Below, in pieces: positions 52,438 through 64,000 of a stretch of 64,000 nucleotides of DNA. The notes under the pieces were generated by a model, which saw only the letters and a list, made by a program, of their open reading frames with translations, made no database searches and was not told the origin of the DNA. Position 1 is the stretch's first letter. The number at the start of each line of letters is the position of its first letter. Source of the DNA: an uncultured Chloroflexia bacterium (lineage in GTDB: Bacteria; Chloroflexota; UBA6077; JACCZL01); contig CAVXYC010000015.1 in NCBI GenBank assembly GCA_963765765.1, forward strand, positions 640,001-704,000. Reading direction: 5' to 3'. The translations under genes and the position numbers were made by a program.

Positions 52438-52953
52438 ATGACGATGACTGACCCGCTTCCAACGGACCCCCGGCTCATCGAAAGATTCTCACGGGTGCTC
52501 ATTGGCGCAGTTGTCGTTGTATCCAATGCCGAGGGGCAGGTGATATTTGTTCGCCAGCCACGTGGACCATTTGCCGGATCCTGGCTATTACCGGGCGGTG
52601 GGCTCGAGCTGGAAGAGGATGCACAGACGGGCGCGCGGCGGGAGACTTTGGAAGAGACTGGCGTCGACGTTGGCGATCTCAAGTACCTCGGAACGTTTGA
52701 GGTTCTGGGTAACTGGGGGCACGGACCGTATCACTTCGTCCTGCTTGCGTTCGCCGGCTCAGCCCCGGTCGACCTTGCCGAACATGGCCCTGGTGAGGAT
52801 GAAGGTGAGATGTGCTGGGCGAAACCTGATCAGCTCGCTATTCATCCTACAGTGATGATGGTCCTGAACCAGGCGGGTAAGGCTGCGTATCCAGCAGACG
52901 AGATCGAACGGGCCCTGAAAGAGTCGGGGCTTTCCATGGTGCGATACGGATGA
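52438..52953 (+). CDS. NUDIX hydrolase
   Basis: Nudix box GGGLELEEDAQTGARRETLEETGV. Confidence 0.92.
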   Translation: MTMTDPLPTDPRLIERFSRVLIGAVVVVSNAEGQVIFVRQPRGPFAGSWLLPGGGLELEEDAQTGARRETLEETGVDVGDLKYLGTFEVLGNWGHGPYHFVLLAFAGSAPVDLAEHGPGEDEGEMCWAKPDQLAIHPTVMMVLNQAGKAAYPADEIERALKESGLSMVRYG

Positions 52954-52987
52954 CCCCGCTGTTGAATGCCAAACACGAGGCGGCCCC

Positions 52988-53741
52988 GTGAGCCTTGATA
53001 TCGCTGGATTGACCGACATTGGTCGTAAGCGAAAGCGGAACGAGGATAGCTTCAGTATCACCGCTTCAGGTGATTGGACTTTCTGTATTGTTGCCGACGG
53101 CATGGGTGGCCACACCGGTGGTGACACAGCAAGTCGACTCGCACTGGAGGGCGCCCAGATTGGCTTCGAATCCACGAAGGGGTCTATCGGGGAGCGGCTT
53201 CTGGCCGCGGTGGAGCAAGCAAACGTCCTGGTATGGCAGGAGGCTGAACGTCAGCCACGCCTCATGGGTATGGGTACGACATTTGTCGGTCTGGCCATTC
53301 AGCCGGATCGCTTTCAGGTGGTCCACGTTGGAGACAGCCGTGCCTATCTGGCGATCAGGCGAGTCGATTCGACAGCTCACAATCGATCATTCGTGGGTCG
53401 GCGAGCAGGTGGCGATTGGCGCGATGACCGAAGAGGACGCTGCCAAGCATCCCTTTCGCGGTGCGATCACCCGCTGCGTTGGCTGTCAGCCGACCGTAGA
53501 GCCAGACCTGCAGGCGGAGGAGCTGCTCGTTGCCGGTTCAGCAATCGTGCTCTGTAGTGACGGACTCACAAATCACTTATCCGACGATGAGATCCGCGAT
53601 ATCGCCATTGCCGAGAGCGCGGAAAGTGCTTGCCAGACCATGATCAACATGGCCAACGAGCGCGGCGGAATTGACAACATCACCGTCATCGTCGCTCGCG
53701 CCGGTTCAGAGAGCGTCACAGACACAGGCTCCTCCGAGTGA
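52988..53741 (+). CDS. PP2C-family Ser/Thr phosphatase (Stp1/PrpC; frameshift near 53355)
   Basis: TDIGRKR..NED, VADGMGGH, GMGTT, HVGDSRAY / LT.DHS, LCSDGL, GG.DNIT. Confidence 0.93.
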
Positions 53742-55256
53742 CCGTACCGAATTCGGATTCGGGCGAGTATGAGCGTCGAATCTATTGCTTAACCGGAATT
53801 GCGCCGGAAGTTCAGGCATACGCAATGGCGAGGTACAGCCGCTCCCGTCAATCTATGGTGGAGAGCGTGAGAGAGCTCAACGCCCAGCGAGCCGAGCAGT
53901 TCCTGAACACCTTTTACTTTCAGTATGGCCACCGTTCCATTGCCGATCTCGCGCATCTGGCGATGGCCGTGGAGAATATTTCCATTCTCGCCGCTGTACG
54001 TGTAGTGGACGAACAACTCTGGGATGGCCAGGAGCGCTCAACACGCTACCAGGACTTTCGTCGGACCCGCTACGTTGTCCCGAGTGGCATCCTGGGTACG
54101 CTGCGGGAGAGTGGCTACCGCGTCGCGGCGGACTCATTGTTCGCGAGCTATGAGTCGATTTCCAAAGATTTGCTCAGTCTCCTACTGGAATCCACCACCG
54201 CGCCCTCATCCATGGATAGTGCGCAGATCGAACGCACGCTGCGTGCGCGGGCGTTTGACGTTGCACGGTATCTATTGCCGCTTTCAACCAGGACAAGCGT
54301 CGGCCAGGTGGTGAGTGCGCGAGTTCTGGAACGTCAGGTCAGCCGACTTCTTACCGACCCGTTGCCAGAAGTTCGAGAGATTGGAGCGGAGCTTCGCCGC
54401 GCGGGTGAAGGCCCGTCCGCCACGCTCGATGGACTCGAGAACCGGTCCGCCTGCCGCGCCAACGCTGGTCAAGTACACGGCGCCATTGCCCTACCTGGAA
54501 CGAGCTCGCTATGCCCTCGCTGAAGCTGCCACGGAGATTCTCGATGGGATTCCGCTTGAGCCGTACGCTGTCCGAGTTCAGCTCACTACTGAGCAACCGT
54601 TCCTGGAAGAGATGGTGGCAACGCTCCTGTACGAGCATGATTCGGTTGGTCGATCGTACCAGCAGATCTCAGCGTGTGTGGCGGATCTTTCTGAGTCGCG
54701 CAAGACGGAAATCCTGAATCTCTCGGTGAGCTCGAGGGGGCAACATGACGAGCTCATGCGAGCTCATCAAGCCGGGCAAGCGTTGAAGTTCGACGTTCTC
54801 ATGGACTTTGGCTCCTTTCGAGACCTGCACAGGCACCGCCGATGTGTCCAGATCATTCAGGGGCCGCGAGTCGAGCATGGGTTCGATGATCCTGTCGATG
54901 TCTTCCGCCTAGGACTGGGCGAGGCTGGCGCTGAAGCTACTGAGATCCAAGGCCGTTACCGTCAGGCGCTTTTAGACGCGGCGTCCACGGCTTCGTGGAT
55001 CCAGGGAGAGAATGGAAACTCCGCGCAGTTAGCGCAGTACTCATTACCGCTAGCTGCCCGAACCCGGGCGCTCTTTAAGATGGAGATCGCGGAGGCCGCT
55101 TACATCATCGAACAGCGCACCCAGCCTGCCGGGCACTTTTCCTACAGGCACGTTGCCTGGGAAATGTATGAGGAGCTGAGGAGAGCGCTACCGTCAATTG
55201 CTTCGATCGTCCGCGCTGTCGACCCGCACGAGGTGGTGGACCTTTTTCGCCGGTAG
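53738..55256 (+). CDS. thyX: FAD-dependent thymidylate synthase, tandem-domain type (frameshift near 54440)
   Basis: AMARYSRS, YGHRSIADLA, QERSTRY, RAFDVARYLLP, FRDLHRHRR, EQRT...GHFSYR. Confidence 0.9.
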
Positions 55257-55277
55257 CAGGCGGGCCCTTGACGGCGT

Positions 55278-55511
55278 CTAGCGCTGCTGAGCCTTGCGCT
55301 CGCCGAGGACGTAGATGAACGAACAGAGCACCATGATGAGAATGGTAAAGACGAGTGCTACGAGTAGCGCAAAGTTCTTGTCTACGGCGGCGGCACTGAG
55401 TAGCGTCATGCCCAACGCGGAGATTGCGCTAACGACGAGAACTGTCACGATGATCGGCAACAGGATTGGAAAGACCACTCCTTCGCGTCGCCCAGGGGCA
55501 CCAGCCATCAT
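55278..55511 (-). CDS. Small two-TM membrane protein
   Basis: Two hydrophobic helices; GGGAG RBS. Confidence 0.6.
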   Translation of the reverse strand: MMAGAPGRREGVVFPILLPIIVTVLVVSAISALGMTLLSAAAVDKNFALLVALVFTILIMVLCSFIYVLGERKAQQR

Positions 55512-55629
55512 TTGCTCCCAAAAACAAGTCAGCGCCAAACCGAATCAAACACTAAAGACTTCGCGGCTCACTTCGGCGAACGCGTATCTACGTCAAGGAT
55601 AGCGAAGATGCGAATTTTGTGTCACGCAC

Positions 55630-55965
55630 CTAGTTGAGTCGGTTAGGATCGCGATATTCAACGTGGCGTGGACCACGGATGAACGCGACCAAGCCGACCA
55701 CACGGGCTGGGCTGGCTGTTCGTGTGAACTCCTGGCGGAGCAGCTCTCGACGTCGCCGCCTCACGCGAATGAGACGCGCCCAATAGATTCCAGAGCCTGC
55801 CAGCAACACGACGGGTGGGATAAACCAGAACCAGTTCAGAGCCAGGAAGAGACCAACAACACTGTGATTGGGTACGAGCGCGAAGACCATGACCAGCGTC
55901 GTAATCTTCACCACGAACAAGGTGAAGAAAATGGTTAACGCGGCGGTCCGTGCCTCGGCGTCCAC
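55630..55965 (-). CDS. Membrane protein with basic C-terminal helix
   Basis: Two to three TM segments then WARLIRVRRRRRELL. Confidence 0.6.
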   Translation of the reverse strand: MDAEARTAALTIFFTLFVVKITTLVMVFALVPNHSVVGLFLALNWFWFIPPVVLLAGSGIYWARLIRVRRRRRELLRQEFTRTASPARVVGLVAFIRGPRHVEYRDPNRLN

Positions 55966-56191
55966 GTCAGCAGTATAGCCCTCGGCGTACAATCCGCTTC
56001 GGTGTGCGAGCGACCACCCCAGAGAGGTTCTCACACTTGCCGAAAAATCCATACAATGGTCGCAGACACTGATTTAGTGCGCCATTCGGCGCCGACGCTT
56101 GGTGATACCGCCCATGCGGTTGCCAGGATGTGGAAGTGACCGATCGATGACGCCAGACCCGGAGCAGAACCCCTTGAAGCCACCACGTGAA

Positions 56192-57237
56192 ATGGTCGTG
56201 GCATGGGCTCGGACACACCGCGCTCGCATTGCTGTACTGGGTCTTGCGCTGGTTGCGCTTGCATTGTTCGGGTGTACGCGGCCCCTTCTTGCCCACCAGA
56301 TATCTGTCCGCAGACGACGGTATGGCCGCAATCGGACCTTGCCCACAGAATTCAGGACCTTTACGTTCTGCTCTTCTGGCTCTCGGTGGTCGTTGCGGTG
56401 CTGGTGGAAGGCGCGCTCATCGTCACAATGTTCAAATACAAGAGCCGCGCGACGGATACCGGTCGGCCACCTCAGATTCACGGCAACACGGCGCTTGAGA
56501 TCGGTTGGACCATCGCGCCGGCCGTTATCCTGGTCATCATCACGGTCCCAACCTTGCAGCTGCTCTTCGAGATGCGTGGAACACCGCCGCGGGATGCGCT
56601 GCAGGTGGAGGCTATCGGACATCAATGGTGGTGGGAGTTCCGATATCCGGATTCGAATATCGTTACGGCGAACGAAGTGCGAGTCCCCGTAGGAACTCCA
56701 GTGAACTTCCAGCTTCGTACGGCCGATGTGATTCACTCATTCTGGGTTCCCGCAATGGGGGGCAAACTCGATCTCACACCCGGGCACCGCCAGAATTTGT
56801 ACTTCACCCCGCAAACAACGGGTGAATACTATGGGCAGTGTACGGAGTTTTGTGGCTTGCAGCATGCAAACATGCGCTTCCGTATGGTTGTCGAAGAACC
56901 CGCCGCTTATCAAGCATGGGTCCAACAGCAACAACAACCGCAACCTCGCGAAGCGGTCGAAACCGTCAGAGCTGGTCAGGATACGTTTGTTCGCGCGGGG
57001 TGTATTGCGTGTCACACCATCGAAGGCACGTCGGCGGCAGGAGTGATCGGCCCTGACCTGACCCATGTGGGGAGCCGTACAACGATCGCCGCTGGGATAT
57101 TGGAAAATAACCCAGATAACATATACACGTGGATTCGCGATCCGCAGGCGATTAAACCAGGGAACTTGATGCCGAATTTGTTCCTGAATCCGGATGATGC
57201 CAGGGCAATCGCGGACTACCTGACGAGTTTGAAGTAG
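56192..57237 (+). CDS. coxB: Cytochrome c oxidase subunit II with fused cytochrome c (caa3 type; N-terminal frameshift)
   Basis: Lipobox LFGC; HGNTALEIGWT, GHQWWW, DVIHSFW, CuA site CTEFCGLQHANM, heme c CIACH, M ligand in PGNLMP. Confidence 0.95.
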
Positions 57238-57290
57238 GGAACGATGAATCGCATTTCTGAGCGGCTGGCGGCAGACCCAGGAGGCAGTTT

Positions 57291-59191
57291 ATGGCAACGG
57301 CGCTAACCCAACCGGGAGTGCAGGCGCGACCTGAGCCAACGCCGTACCCCTACCCCGGTCTCTGGGGCTGGATTACAACAATCGATCACAAGCGAATCGG
57401 ACTGCTATACGGCATCACGGCGTTCTTGTTTTTCCTGCTTGGTGGTTTCGAGGCGCTTCTCGTCCGCACCCAGCTCGCCGTACCGAGAAATACGTTTCTG
57501 GGCCCCGACACGTACAACCAAATCTTCACGATGCACGGCACCACCATGGTCTTCCTGGTGATCATGCCGCTTAGCGTGGCGTTCTTTAACTACATCGTTC
57601 CTCTCCAGATCGGCGCGCGTGACGTCGCTTTCCCGCGACTGAACGCATTTAGCTACTGGGTGTTTCTCTTTGGTGGGATCATCCTGAACTTGAGCTGGTT
57701 TTTCGGCGGCGCACCGGACATGGCCTGGGTCGGATACGCGAACCTCACCAGCGCTCAGTTCTCGCAGGGCCACCGAGTCGACTTCTGGATTGTTGGAATC
57801 CAGATGCTTGGCGTCGCGTCATTGGCAGGAGCCTTCAACTTTATCGTCACGATCATTAACATGCGCGCTCCTGGCATGAGCCTTATGCGTATGCCAATCT
57901 TCACCTGGAACACGCTTGTTACGGCGTTCCTGCTGATTTTCGCCATGCCTCCGATCGCCGTGGCCCTCATCTTCCTCATGTTCGATCGCATGTTCGGAAC
58001 GCACTTCTATCTCCCCGAGGGCGGCGGCGATCCCGTGCTCTGGCAGCACCTCTTCTGGATCTTCGGTCATCCTGAGGTGTACATCCTTATCCTGCCCGCG
58101 ATGGGCATAGTGTCTGAAGTTCTACCGGTATTCTCCAAGAAGCCGCTTTTCGGATACGCGTTTGTGGTCTATGCGACGGTAGCGATCGCGTTTCTGGGCT
58201 TCGGAGTCTGGAGCCACCACATGTTTACGGTTGGCATGGGCGCCGTTGCGGACGCCTTCTTCGCCGTATCAACCATGTTGATTTCGATTCCGACTGGAAT
58301 CAAGATCTTTAACTGGATTGGAACAATGTGGAAGGGCCAGGTGAAATTCACCACGCCCATGCTCATGGCGCTGGGTTTTGTGTCGATGTTTATCCTGGGC
58401 GGCATCACGGGAATCATGCATGCATCCGTTCCCGTAGATACTCAGCAGCATGATACGTACTTCATCGTTGCGCATTTTCACTATGTGCTCTTCGGTGGTG
58501 CAATCCACGGGCTCTTCGCTGGCTTCTACTACTGGTTCCCCAAGTACACGGGACGGATGTACAACGAGAAGCTCGGCCAGTTGCAATTTTGGCTCATGTT
58601 CATCGGCTTCAATCTGACGTTCTTCCCCATGCATTTCCTTGGCATTGATGGAATGCCGCGGCGCATCTACACCTACGGTGTCGAGCAAGGGTGGGCTGGA
58701 TGGAACCTGGCTTCGACCATCGGAGCCTACTTGATGGGCTTCTCAATCCTGCTATTCGTCTATAACGCGCTCACATCACTGAAGAGGGGTGAGTTGGCAC
58801 CAGGAGACCCTTGGGACGGCGCAACGCTCGAGTGGTCTATCTCCTCACCACCGCCGGTCTACAACTTTGCCGAAATTCCCATGTCCACAGGCCGAGATCA
58901 GTTCTGGATCGAGAAGTACGGTTCCCACGGCGAACTACCTCACGGGCCTTTAGACTGGAGGAGAGCATCCTCATGCGGAGCACGAGGGAAGGGCATGAGG
59001 AGCACCACATTCACCTCCCAAGCCCATCGCTCATGCCGTTCATCGTGGCGCTTGGCATGTTCGCAATGTTCCTGGGCGTCATATTCAATTTCGTTTTGTC
59101 CTTGGTTGGCGTGCTGATCATTTTTATCGGCATCTACGGATGGACCCTTGAACCGGTCGATTCTCCCGAATCAATTTCAACGCACGCGTGA
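57291..59191 (+). CDS. coxA: Cytochrome c oxidase subunit I, A1 type (frameshift near 58950)
   Basis: DHKRIG, TMHGT, GHPEVY, WSHHM, AHFHYV, GMPRR; C-terminal HIHLPSPS plus 2 TM in the next frame. Confidence 0.97.
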
Positions 59192-59206
59192 TCAGGAGTT
59201 AGTTTG

Positions 59207-59898
59207 ATGCAGTCAACGCTTACGGTCGATCACGGACCGGCGGCACCCGTGGAGACAGGCCACGGGGGTGGGGAAGGGGAGCACCCGACTACCACCGGAA
59301 TAGACAACCGCAAGGTACTGATGTGGACGTTTCTTGGATCGGAGTGCCTCTTCTTTGGCACTCTTATCGGGACGTATATGTCCTACCGTGACCGAAATAC
59401 CGTCTCCCCATTTCCGCACGCGGATTACGAGATGCACGGTCACATCGTGCACGGGATCTTTGACATCCCTTACACATCAGTGAGCGCCTTCGTCCTCCTG
59501 ATGAGCAGCCTGACGATGGTTCTGGCGCTTGCATCGCTCCAGCGCGGAAGCGTACGGGGCATGCGTGTCTGGCTGGTGGCAACAGCACTTCTTGGCATCA
59601 CATTCTTGGGTGGCCAGTTCTACGAGTTCACCACGTTCTATAAAGAGGGTCTATCGCTGGGGCAGAGTATTTTCGGCTCGACCTTCTTCGTACTCACGGG
59701 GTTCCACGGCGCTCACGTTACCATCGGTGTCATTTGGCTTCTTTCCGTCGTAGGCGCCTCATTTCGCGGACACATTCGACCTGACAATAGTCTGATGGTG
59801 GAGATCACCGGACTCTACTGGCATTTTGTCGATATTGTCTGGATCATCATCTTCACCGTGGTATATCTCATTCCCGTTCCCGCCCGGCGGGTCATTAA
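59207..59898 (+). CDS. coxC: Cytochrome c oxidase subunit III
   Basis: W.FL.SE..FF, LLMSSLTM, FLGGQ.YEF, TGFHGAHV, LYWHFVD.VW; frameshift at the C-terminus. Confidence 0.93.
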
Positions 59899-59918
59899 GG
59901 TTTGGAAAGGATCGAGAG

Positions 59919-60281
59919 ATGCATACCGAAACGCATGCGGCGGAGCACAGCCACCCCGGCTTTCCAACCTATATCAAGATTGCGTTGATTCTCACCGTCA
60001 TCACCGGCGTCGAGGTGGCGGTCTACTACATCGAGGGACTTCGACCGCTACTCCTGCCCGTTCTGGTCACGCTTTCCATCGTAAAGTTCGCTCTGGTCGT
60101 CGGATACTTCATGCATTTGAAGTTCGATCCGCGGCTCCTCTCCGGCCTTTTTGTATTCGGACTTGCGATTGCGTTCGCGGTGTTCGGCGGACTCATCGCG
60201 CTGTTCCACTATTCCGGCAATACGGTCATGGAAGGCGGGACGACCACTACTACGACGCAGCCCGCGGGTGGCGGGCACTAG
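59919..60281 (+). CDS. Cytochrome c oxidase subunit IV family protein
   Basis: TYIKIALIL.VIT..EV, KFALVVGYFMHLKFD. Confidence 0.9.
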   Translation: MHTETHAAEHSHPGFPTYIKIALILTVITGVEVAVYYIEGLRPLLLPVLVTLSIVKFALVVGYFMHLKFDPRLLSGLFVFGLAIAFAVFGGLIALFHYSGNTVMEGGTTTTTTQPAGGGH

Positions 60282-60439
60282 TCAGCATTCCTTCAACGGA
60301 AACGGTAACGTCTCGTCGTTTCATTGTTACATCGGCCCCTGGAGATCTCTAGGGGCCGATGTGCTGAAGACTCGAATCTAATCGGAGAGTCGCCGCCGCT
60401 CTAGTTGATACACTTCAACTAGGGAGACTGCAGTTTTCG

Positions 60440-61217
60440 ATGTCTGATTGGATAGATCACCCGAGCATCGTTTTGGGCTTGGGGACTCTGCTGTTTGCTT
60501 ATGTGCGATCGGCGCGACGTGGGGCGCGGAAAGCAGGGCAGAACGTAAGTACGAGCCAGGCTGCGTACTTCGGCTTAGGGCTACTTGTCATTTACGTCTC
60601 GCTTGCATCTCCGCTACATGATCTGAGTGAGCGATATCTCTTCAGCGCGCATATGGTGCAGCACCTGTTGCTGACCCTGGTAGCGCCGCCCCTGATATTG
60701 CTGGGAACCCCAGGGTGGATGCTTTCACCGTTGGTGCGGCCGCGCTTTGTCTGTCGACTAGCGGCCTGGCTTACGGGGCCACTTATCGCGTTCATTGTCT
60801 TCAACGTTGCATTCGCTCAATGTCCCATATTCCCGCACTATACGATCTAACCCTCGAGAACCATGGGGCGCACATCGTGGAGCACCTCATCTTCATGGGC
60901 ACCGCGGTGCTTATGTGGTGGCCGATTCTCAGCCCGATGCGTGAGCTTCCGCGAATCGCCCCGCCGCTTCAGATTCTCTACGTCTTCTTCCAAACTATTC
61001 CGAGCTCGGCAGTTGGAGCGCTGATCACGCTTTCTGAGCTGCCCTCTCTATCCGACTTATGCCAACGCGCCTCGCGTCTTTGACATCTCCGCGCTCATGG
61101 ACCAACAAATCGGCGGCGCTCTCATGTGGGTCGGTGGAGGGGTTTACTTCCTGGTATTAGCCACGATTATCTTTTTCGTCTGGGCTCATCGTGAGGAAGC
61201 GGTGGCGGCCTACTTGA
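60440..61217 (+). CDS. ctaG: Cytochrome c oxidase assembly protein CtaG (caa3 type), frameshifted; end approximate
   Basis: SPLH.L...YLFSAHMVQHLLL..VAPPL.LLG.P; H.P.LYD, EH; DQQIGG.LMW..GG. Confidence 0.88.
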
Positions 61218-61241
61218 TCGGCCCTGTCACCGGAGTGACTC

Positions 61242-61912
61242 ATGGGGCCCAACGCCGGACGTATCGCATAGACATTTACGCCGCACTGCGTCGATATCGG
61301 AAGGCGCCGCTGTTTGATTCGGTGCTTCACGTTCGGCCGACACTTCTTAGCACCGCTAGAACGTATTGCCGCCCATGTTCCCCCGCGAGGCTCAATTTTG
61401 GATGTGGGATGCGGACACGGGCTTTTTGCGAACATGATAGCCCTCGGAACAGACCAGCGACATATTCTTGGTATCGATCCGTCTGCCGCCAAGATCGACA
61501 TTGCGCGTCCGAAGCTCTCGAGGGCTCCAGAACATCGAGTACCGGCTCGGAACCATTGATCGGATCGCTGAAAGGGACTTTCAGGCGATCTGTATTCTGG
61601 ACGTTCTTTACCTCTTACCGGATGAAAAGAAGCTCGAGGTACTCCAGGCATGCCGAGACCGACTCGATGCTGACGGAGTCCTGTTGCTCAAAACCAACGA
61701 TACCCGCCCACGCTGGAAGTACGCCGTGGTTCGCACGGAAGAGGAGCTGATGGTTCGGGCCATCGGATTCACGTACGGTGGCGAAGTGCACTTCCGTGGT
61801 GTTCCCCGCTATCTCGAGCTGCTTCGACAGGCCGGTTTCGATGCGCAGGTTATTTCATTGGATAGCTGGCTGCCGGTTCCCCATCGACTGTTCCTGGCTC
61901 AGACCGGTCTAG
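61242..61912 (+). CDS. Class I SAM-dependent methyltransferase (frameshifted)
   Basis: ILDVGCGHG, GIDPS, DVLYLL, GVLLLK. Confidence 0.82.
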
Positions 61913-62714
61913 TGACTCTTTCGGGTATACGCGCGCATGCCGATGACCTGGGCCTCCATCCATCGGTGGATCGAGCCATTTTCTCTGCTTACGAGCGCGG
62001 AGCACTCTCCGGTGCATCGATTCTGGTGGGTGGTCAGACCTTTCGTAATGCCGCGGCCGAAGCCCGACGGCTTGACATGCCGGTCTGGCTCCATCTGGCA
62101 CTTGTTGACGCTAAACCAATTTCGCCGGACGGTGAGATTCGGTCGTTGATTGACCACCGGTCGCTTTCCGAGATCGTTCTCAACCGTGGCTGTTCGCGCA
62201 CTCACAGGCCGCTTGCACTACGACGAAGTGCGGCTCGAGACCATGCGTCAGATTGAGCGATTCGGAGAGGCGGGACTGGCCGAGCGACATGGCGTTCGGA
62301 TTGATGGTCACCAGCATTTGCACGTCTTGCCAGTAATCATGGACGCACTATTGGATGGGAAGCGGCCCTTCCAGATACGGGCGATGCGAACACCGATTGC
62401 TTTCGCCCGCAGAACGGAGCTGGCGTTCGGCACGGGCTGCGCTATTTCAGGGAGTGGAGCTTCTTGCGCGCCGATCAACCAATCGTCTGGCGCAATCTGG
62501 CATAGAGTCTATTCCTTGCTGGGGTACTGTATTCGCCGGGCACCTAACGTTGGAACGTGCCCGCGCTGTTCTTCACTCGTTGCCAGATGGAGCCAGCGGG
62601 CAGCTTATCTGTCACCCGGGTGACGATAATCGCGCATTGAGAGCTGCCTATCCCTGGAAATATGACTGGGAAGGTGATCTTTCTACCATCCTCGCACTTG
62701 GTGGTGGCGCGTGA
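61912..62714 (+). CDS. ChbG/HpnK (YdjC) family carbohydrate deacetylase (frameshifted)
   Basis: HADDLG, LHL.L, IDGHQHLH.LP, CHPG. Confidence 0.85.
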
Positions 62715-62804
62715 GGTTACCCGCAAACCGATGCCGAGTTCAACAATCGATTGGACTCGCCGTGCTACACTGGCCGCCACTCTGGCCTGGAATTTGTCAT
62801 TCAC

Positions 62805-63605
62805 GTGACCACACCAGTCAAAAGCCCCTCGGTATCCATAGTCATTCCAATCTACCGAGAACGAGCGTTTCTTGGACAATCTCTGGATGCCATGGTTTCT
62901 GAGCTGCGGTTGCATGCGGTTGGCCACGAAATCATTCTGGTGGAACAGTTCAGCGACGAGCTGACCCTTGCCGAGTCGCGAGCACAGACAGAGCGGCATC
63001 CCAGTGTTCGGCACCTGCTTCTCGATCAGCCGGATTTCGGATATGCCATGAGAGTAGGCATGCTGGAAGCTCGCGGCGACATCATCGTCAATTTCGACAT
63101 CGACTATTGGGACGTTACCTTCGCACGCATGTGCGCGGCCATGATGACCGAGTTCGATATCGATATTGTGATTGGTTCGAAGAATACCCGTCTGTCCGTG
63201 GACAATCGTGCTCCGATTCGCCGATACATTTCCGGCGTGTACCGCATCGTCTTACAGGCCGTCTTTGGGTTGCGCGTCTCGGACACGCATGGCATCAAAG
63301 CATGGCTACGATCGCCAAAGCTTATTGAGCTCATCGATGCCTGTCATTTCACGCGCGATATCTTCGACACCGAGCTGGTGATCCGTGGTGAGCGCGCGGG
63401 GCTTCGACTCCTGGAGCTGCCCGTCACGGTGGCCGAGCTGCGGCCGCCGCGCACCTCAATTCTTTTCCGCGTACCAAGCGCGGCACGGAATCTGGCGCGG
63501 CTTTTCTTCGTCCTCGCCACCGACGCGCCTGGGCGCAGCACTCCCCGCGGAGCAATCGGCTCGCGCTATCCGCAAACCAGGCTCACGGAGACTGACGCAC
63601 GCTAG
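62805..63605 (+). CDS. Glycosyltransferase family 2 (DPM synthase-like)
   Basis: SIVIPIYRE, DxD motif FDID, IVIGSK, SDTHGIKA, FDTELV. Confidence 0.9.
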   Translation: MTTPVKSPSVSIVIPIYRERAFLGQSLDAMVSELRLHAVGHEIILVEQFSDELTLAESRAQTERHPSVRHLLLDQPDFGYAMRVGMLEARGDIIVNFDIDYWDVTFARMCAAMMTEFDIDIVIGSKNTRLSVDNRAPIRRYISGVYRIVLQAVFGLRVSDTHGIKAWLRSPKLIELIDACHFTRDIFDTELVIRGERAGLRLLELPVTVAELRPPRTSILFRVPSAARNLARLFFVLATDAPGRSTPRGAIGSRYPQTRLTETDAR

Positions 63606-63729
63606 GTCACTCCTCGCGCGAATCGGGGCAATTGGAATACGTACACTTAGATCCCGGGCCGGTATCGGGCATCGTCGTTGACATTGCTTGGACCCGTTGA
63701 TAGCCTGGGCTTGAAAATGGAGGGGCTCA

Positions 63730-64000
63730 ATGAGGGGTGACTCTGCCGCGATCGTCCTGGCACTCGCACTCGTTGCGTTTGTGCTCTGGCTGCTCATCGC
63801 TCAGCGTGAAAAGGTCCGCTACCCGAGCAAGCCGGCGATCGTCATGGGCGAGTTCGCGATGGAGCGCAAAGTGCAGCTCGTCATCGTTCTCCTCATCCTT
63901 ACTGGCCTCTCGATCATGCTATATGGGTTCCGAGAACCCGATCGCCAGGCCGCTGCGGTCAGCCGCCAGGAAGATCTGGCCATCGAGCGCGCGATTGCAA
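63730..64000 (+). CDS. Membrane protein, partial; possibly the N-terminus of a membrane-anchored c-type cytochrome
   Basis: GGAGG RBS; two TM helices then REPDRQ...IERA; no CxxCH visible before the window ends. Confidence 0.5.
   Translation, partial: MRGDSAAIVLALALVAFVLWLLIAQREKVRYPSKPAIVMGEFAMERKVQLVIVLLILTGLSIMLYGFREPDRQAAAVSRQEDLAIERAIA

Noticed and set aside
53738-55256. Programmed frameshifting or a split thyX (also the cox genes)
   Set aside because: Frame breaks are widespread and lack slippery motifs; sequencing indels are more parsimonious. Tandem-domain ThyX is already known
58950-59191. Extra two-TM ORF after coxA as a novel subunit
   Set aside because: Matches the known C-terminal extension of caa3-type subunit I (IH.P..S..P), separated only by a frameshift

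Overview
GC-rich bacterial chromosome segment, most likely a Chloroflexota soil-type genome (inferred from GroEL, the caa3 oxidase operon and gene style). Many core genes (ornithine cyclodeaminase-like, PP2C, thyX, coxB/A/C, ctaG, helicase) carry single-base frameshifts that look like long-read assembly errors. The window has three parts. (1) 1-10.65 kb, core-like: LOG, OCD-family, LysM, DUF1015, ggt, a beta-propeller/emfourin-like fusion, an MshC-like Cys ligase and an LLM oxidoreductase. (2) About 10.7-36.4 kb, a plasticity zone with no recognisable integrase, transposase, tRNA or att site. It holds stress-type genes (GlsB/YeaQ x2, PRC-barrel-like x3, DUF1003, DUF4386, glycogen debranching enzyme, DoxX, GvpU-like), signalling genes, many truncated gene relics (arylsulfatase, SRAP, NarL, GT4) and several internally duplicated modules. 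These include a 3-4-member family of small SH3-like proteins, an XRE-led operon of two tandem paralogues with an operator-like palindrome, and a ~250-bp inverted duplication. (3) 36.5-64 kb, core: HelY-like helicase, Amun-like HhH protein with 3-oxoacid CoA-transferase, GH-A hydrolase, groESL, recF, tat, DUF151, moaDE, mtnA-aldolase, thyX, the caa3 oxidase operon and a methyltransferase-ChbG-GT2 cluster. Three different REP/REPIN-like palindromes sit at convergent gene junctions. No CRISPR, rRNA or tRNA was found. All family assignments are from motif recognition, not database searches.
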